Positions 62,474 through 64,000 of a stretch of DNA of 64,000 nt are shown piece by piece (positions within the stretch are counted from its first letter, which is position 1; every line of letters begins with the position of its first letter). A program made the position numbers and the translations under genes. The DNA is from the human T2T-CHM13v2.0 reference genome, Homo sapiens. The stretch is from NCBI RefSeq assembly GCF_009914755.1, contig NC_060938.1. The stretch is one strand, 5' to 3'. The notes beneath the pieces are model-generated. The model made no database searches and was not told the origin of the DNA. It worked only from the letters and a program-made list of their open reading frames with translations.

Positions 62474-63162
62474 GAAAGAAACAAAGAAAATGCATGAAGA
62501 CTGAAAGGAAGAGAAACTGCAAACAACTCACGTGATCTGTTTGGTATAGCTGTTTCCTACAGGAAATGGGATAGCGATTCTGAGATTGATAGAGAATAAA
62601 TGTATATTGGAACTAGACAGTTAAGCAAACGGATGACAAATGACAGGAGCCTGGTTTCTCACTATTAAAGTGGGAGGTTACATGTAAGCAAGGGGAGAAG
62701 GCCGGAATGATCATGTGATAAAAGAATTGACATCAGTATGAACTAACACACACATTACATTTAGAAATATTTATAGTTATGTCTATACACAGCTTTGTAT
62801 ACACACATTTATTTCTTTGCTCTGTAAGCTAAGACAGTGTAGAACCAATGATATCCCAGTAGAAATGAGCATATCTAACACTCAAGTCTTCAATTCTTGG
62901 GTTTTTGTTCATGACCCGGGATCCAGGAGTTGGGCCCTGGGGCTGGGCATTGTGTAGCCTCCGGGATGGTGCTGAGCATCCATTCCCACTCTCCTGCAGC
63001 TGGAGACCCATCCCTTGACTTGCGCCCCCTGGAGGCAAGAACATGGTCACCCACTTTAATCACATGGTCCCTATCACATAACCAGAGGGCGCTGTGGGTT
63101 TTAACTCTTCAAGCTTGATGTGTAAAGAATTCGACATAGATATGATATAGTGACTAGAAGTC

Positions 63163-63556
63163 TTTTATTTATTTATTTTGAGAGAGAGAGTCTCTGTTGC
63201 CCAGGCTTGGAGTGCAGCAGCACAAACAAACAATAACCAAAATCCAGAAGACTGAAAAAGTCAAATGCTGTCAAGGATGTGGAGCAACAGGACCTTTCAT
63301 TCCTTGTTTGTGGCACAATCAGTTTACTGTACCCAGGAACTCCCGGGTCCAAGTGATCCTCCCACAACCAATCTCCCAAGTAGCTGGGGCCACAGGCATG
63401 CACCACCATGCCTGGCTGACTGGTTTTATTTTTATAGAGATGAAGTTTCCCTGTGTTGTCTAAGCTGGTCTCAAACTCCTGGGATCAAATGATCGTCCTA
63501 TCATCTCGGTCTCCCAAAGTGCTGTAAGTACAGGCATGAGGTCCTGCACCCAGCCT
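63163..63556 (-). mobile_element. AluJ-like element interrupted by an ~85-bp old L1 fragment
   Basis: Alu right arm broken after agtgcagcagcacaa and resuming at gtggcacaatc; J-type gatcctccca and aactcctggg.tcaa. Confidence 0.75.
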
Positions 63557-63619
63557 GGAAGTCTTTATAGATAAGTTCAATTTAACTGTTTCTCCATCTG
63601 CTCTACTCAGCCAAGTTTA

Positions 63620-64000
63620 CCTCTCAGTCCAAGGGAGAGAACTGCAGCTCAGCCCCATCCAGGATGGCTGCAGATTACCCAGCGCCACCGCCATACTCCA
63701 GATGCTGGTCAACGAGGAAGGGATCCTGAGGCCTGGCAGCTGGCGCTCTCAGCAATCTTGAAGCCCTCTAAATGGGACCCGCCATCCGTGCCTGTCAGAA
63801 CTGTAGCCACTACCTGCACTTGGCACACAGGCAAATATGGCCAAGCAACCCCAAACTCCCCTCTTCCCCTCTGGGCCCAGGCAGCGCTGAACCTGCCACT
63901 CAGCCCCATACTGGCGACTGCACAGTCCCCAGAGTCTGCAAACCAGCGCTCAGGGCGCGAGCCAAGGAAGAGCAGGGCCTAGAGTGGGAGGGCGTGTGCC
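63620..64000. promoter_or_regulatory. GC-rich, CpG-containing non-repetitive segment; possible edge of a CpG-island promoter/first exon (truncated by the window end)
   Basis: Abrupt rise in GC and CpG relative to the AT-rich flank. The minus strand has gagtATGGCGGTGGCGCTGG|gtaatc. Confidence 0.45.

Overview
Human pericentromeric transition zone, with no intact host protein-coding gene. Human origin is inferred from an L1HS-Ta element and an AluYb8-type element. 1-11524 is divergent (monomeric) alpha satellite with no CENP-B boxes seen, interrupted by a twin-primed, 5'-inverted L1PA2/3 (3664-5558). The satellite ends at two 48-bp CER-like monomers (11523-11620). The rest is a repeat-rich block resembling a duplicated euchromatic segment. 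It contains ERVL/MaLR remnants, a full-length L1HS Ta-0 (15086-21136, minus; ORF1 and ORF2 dead, ORF0 open), a 5'-truncated L1PA2/3 with a short 3' transduction (24065-26582), roughly 35 Alus, a Tigger3-type DNA transposon, a solo HERV-K LTR5, a MER61-like solo LTR and old L1M pieces. A chain of minus-strand exon-like islands (about 35.9-63.7 kb) heading from a GC-rich window end may be a decayed, unidentified gene copy. Almost all listed ORFs are repeat-derived. I found no convincing novel biological system. The best leads are mechanistic scars of retrotransposition and recombination, shared variants among the three young L1s, and the candidate decayed gene. Consensus comparisons are from memory, and Alu/old-repeat boundaries and subfamilies are approximate.
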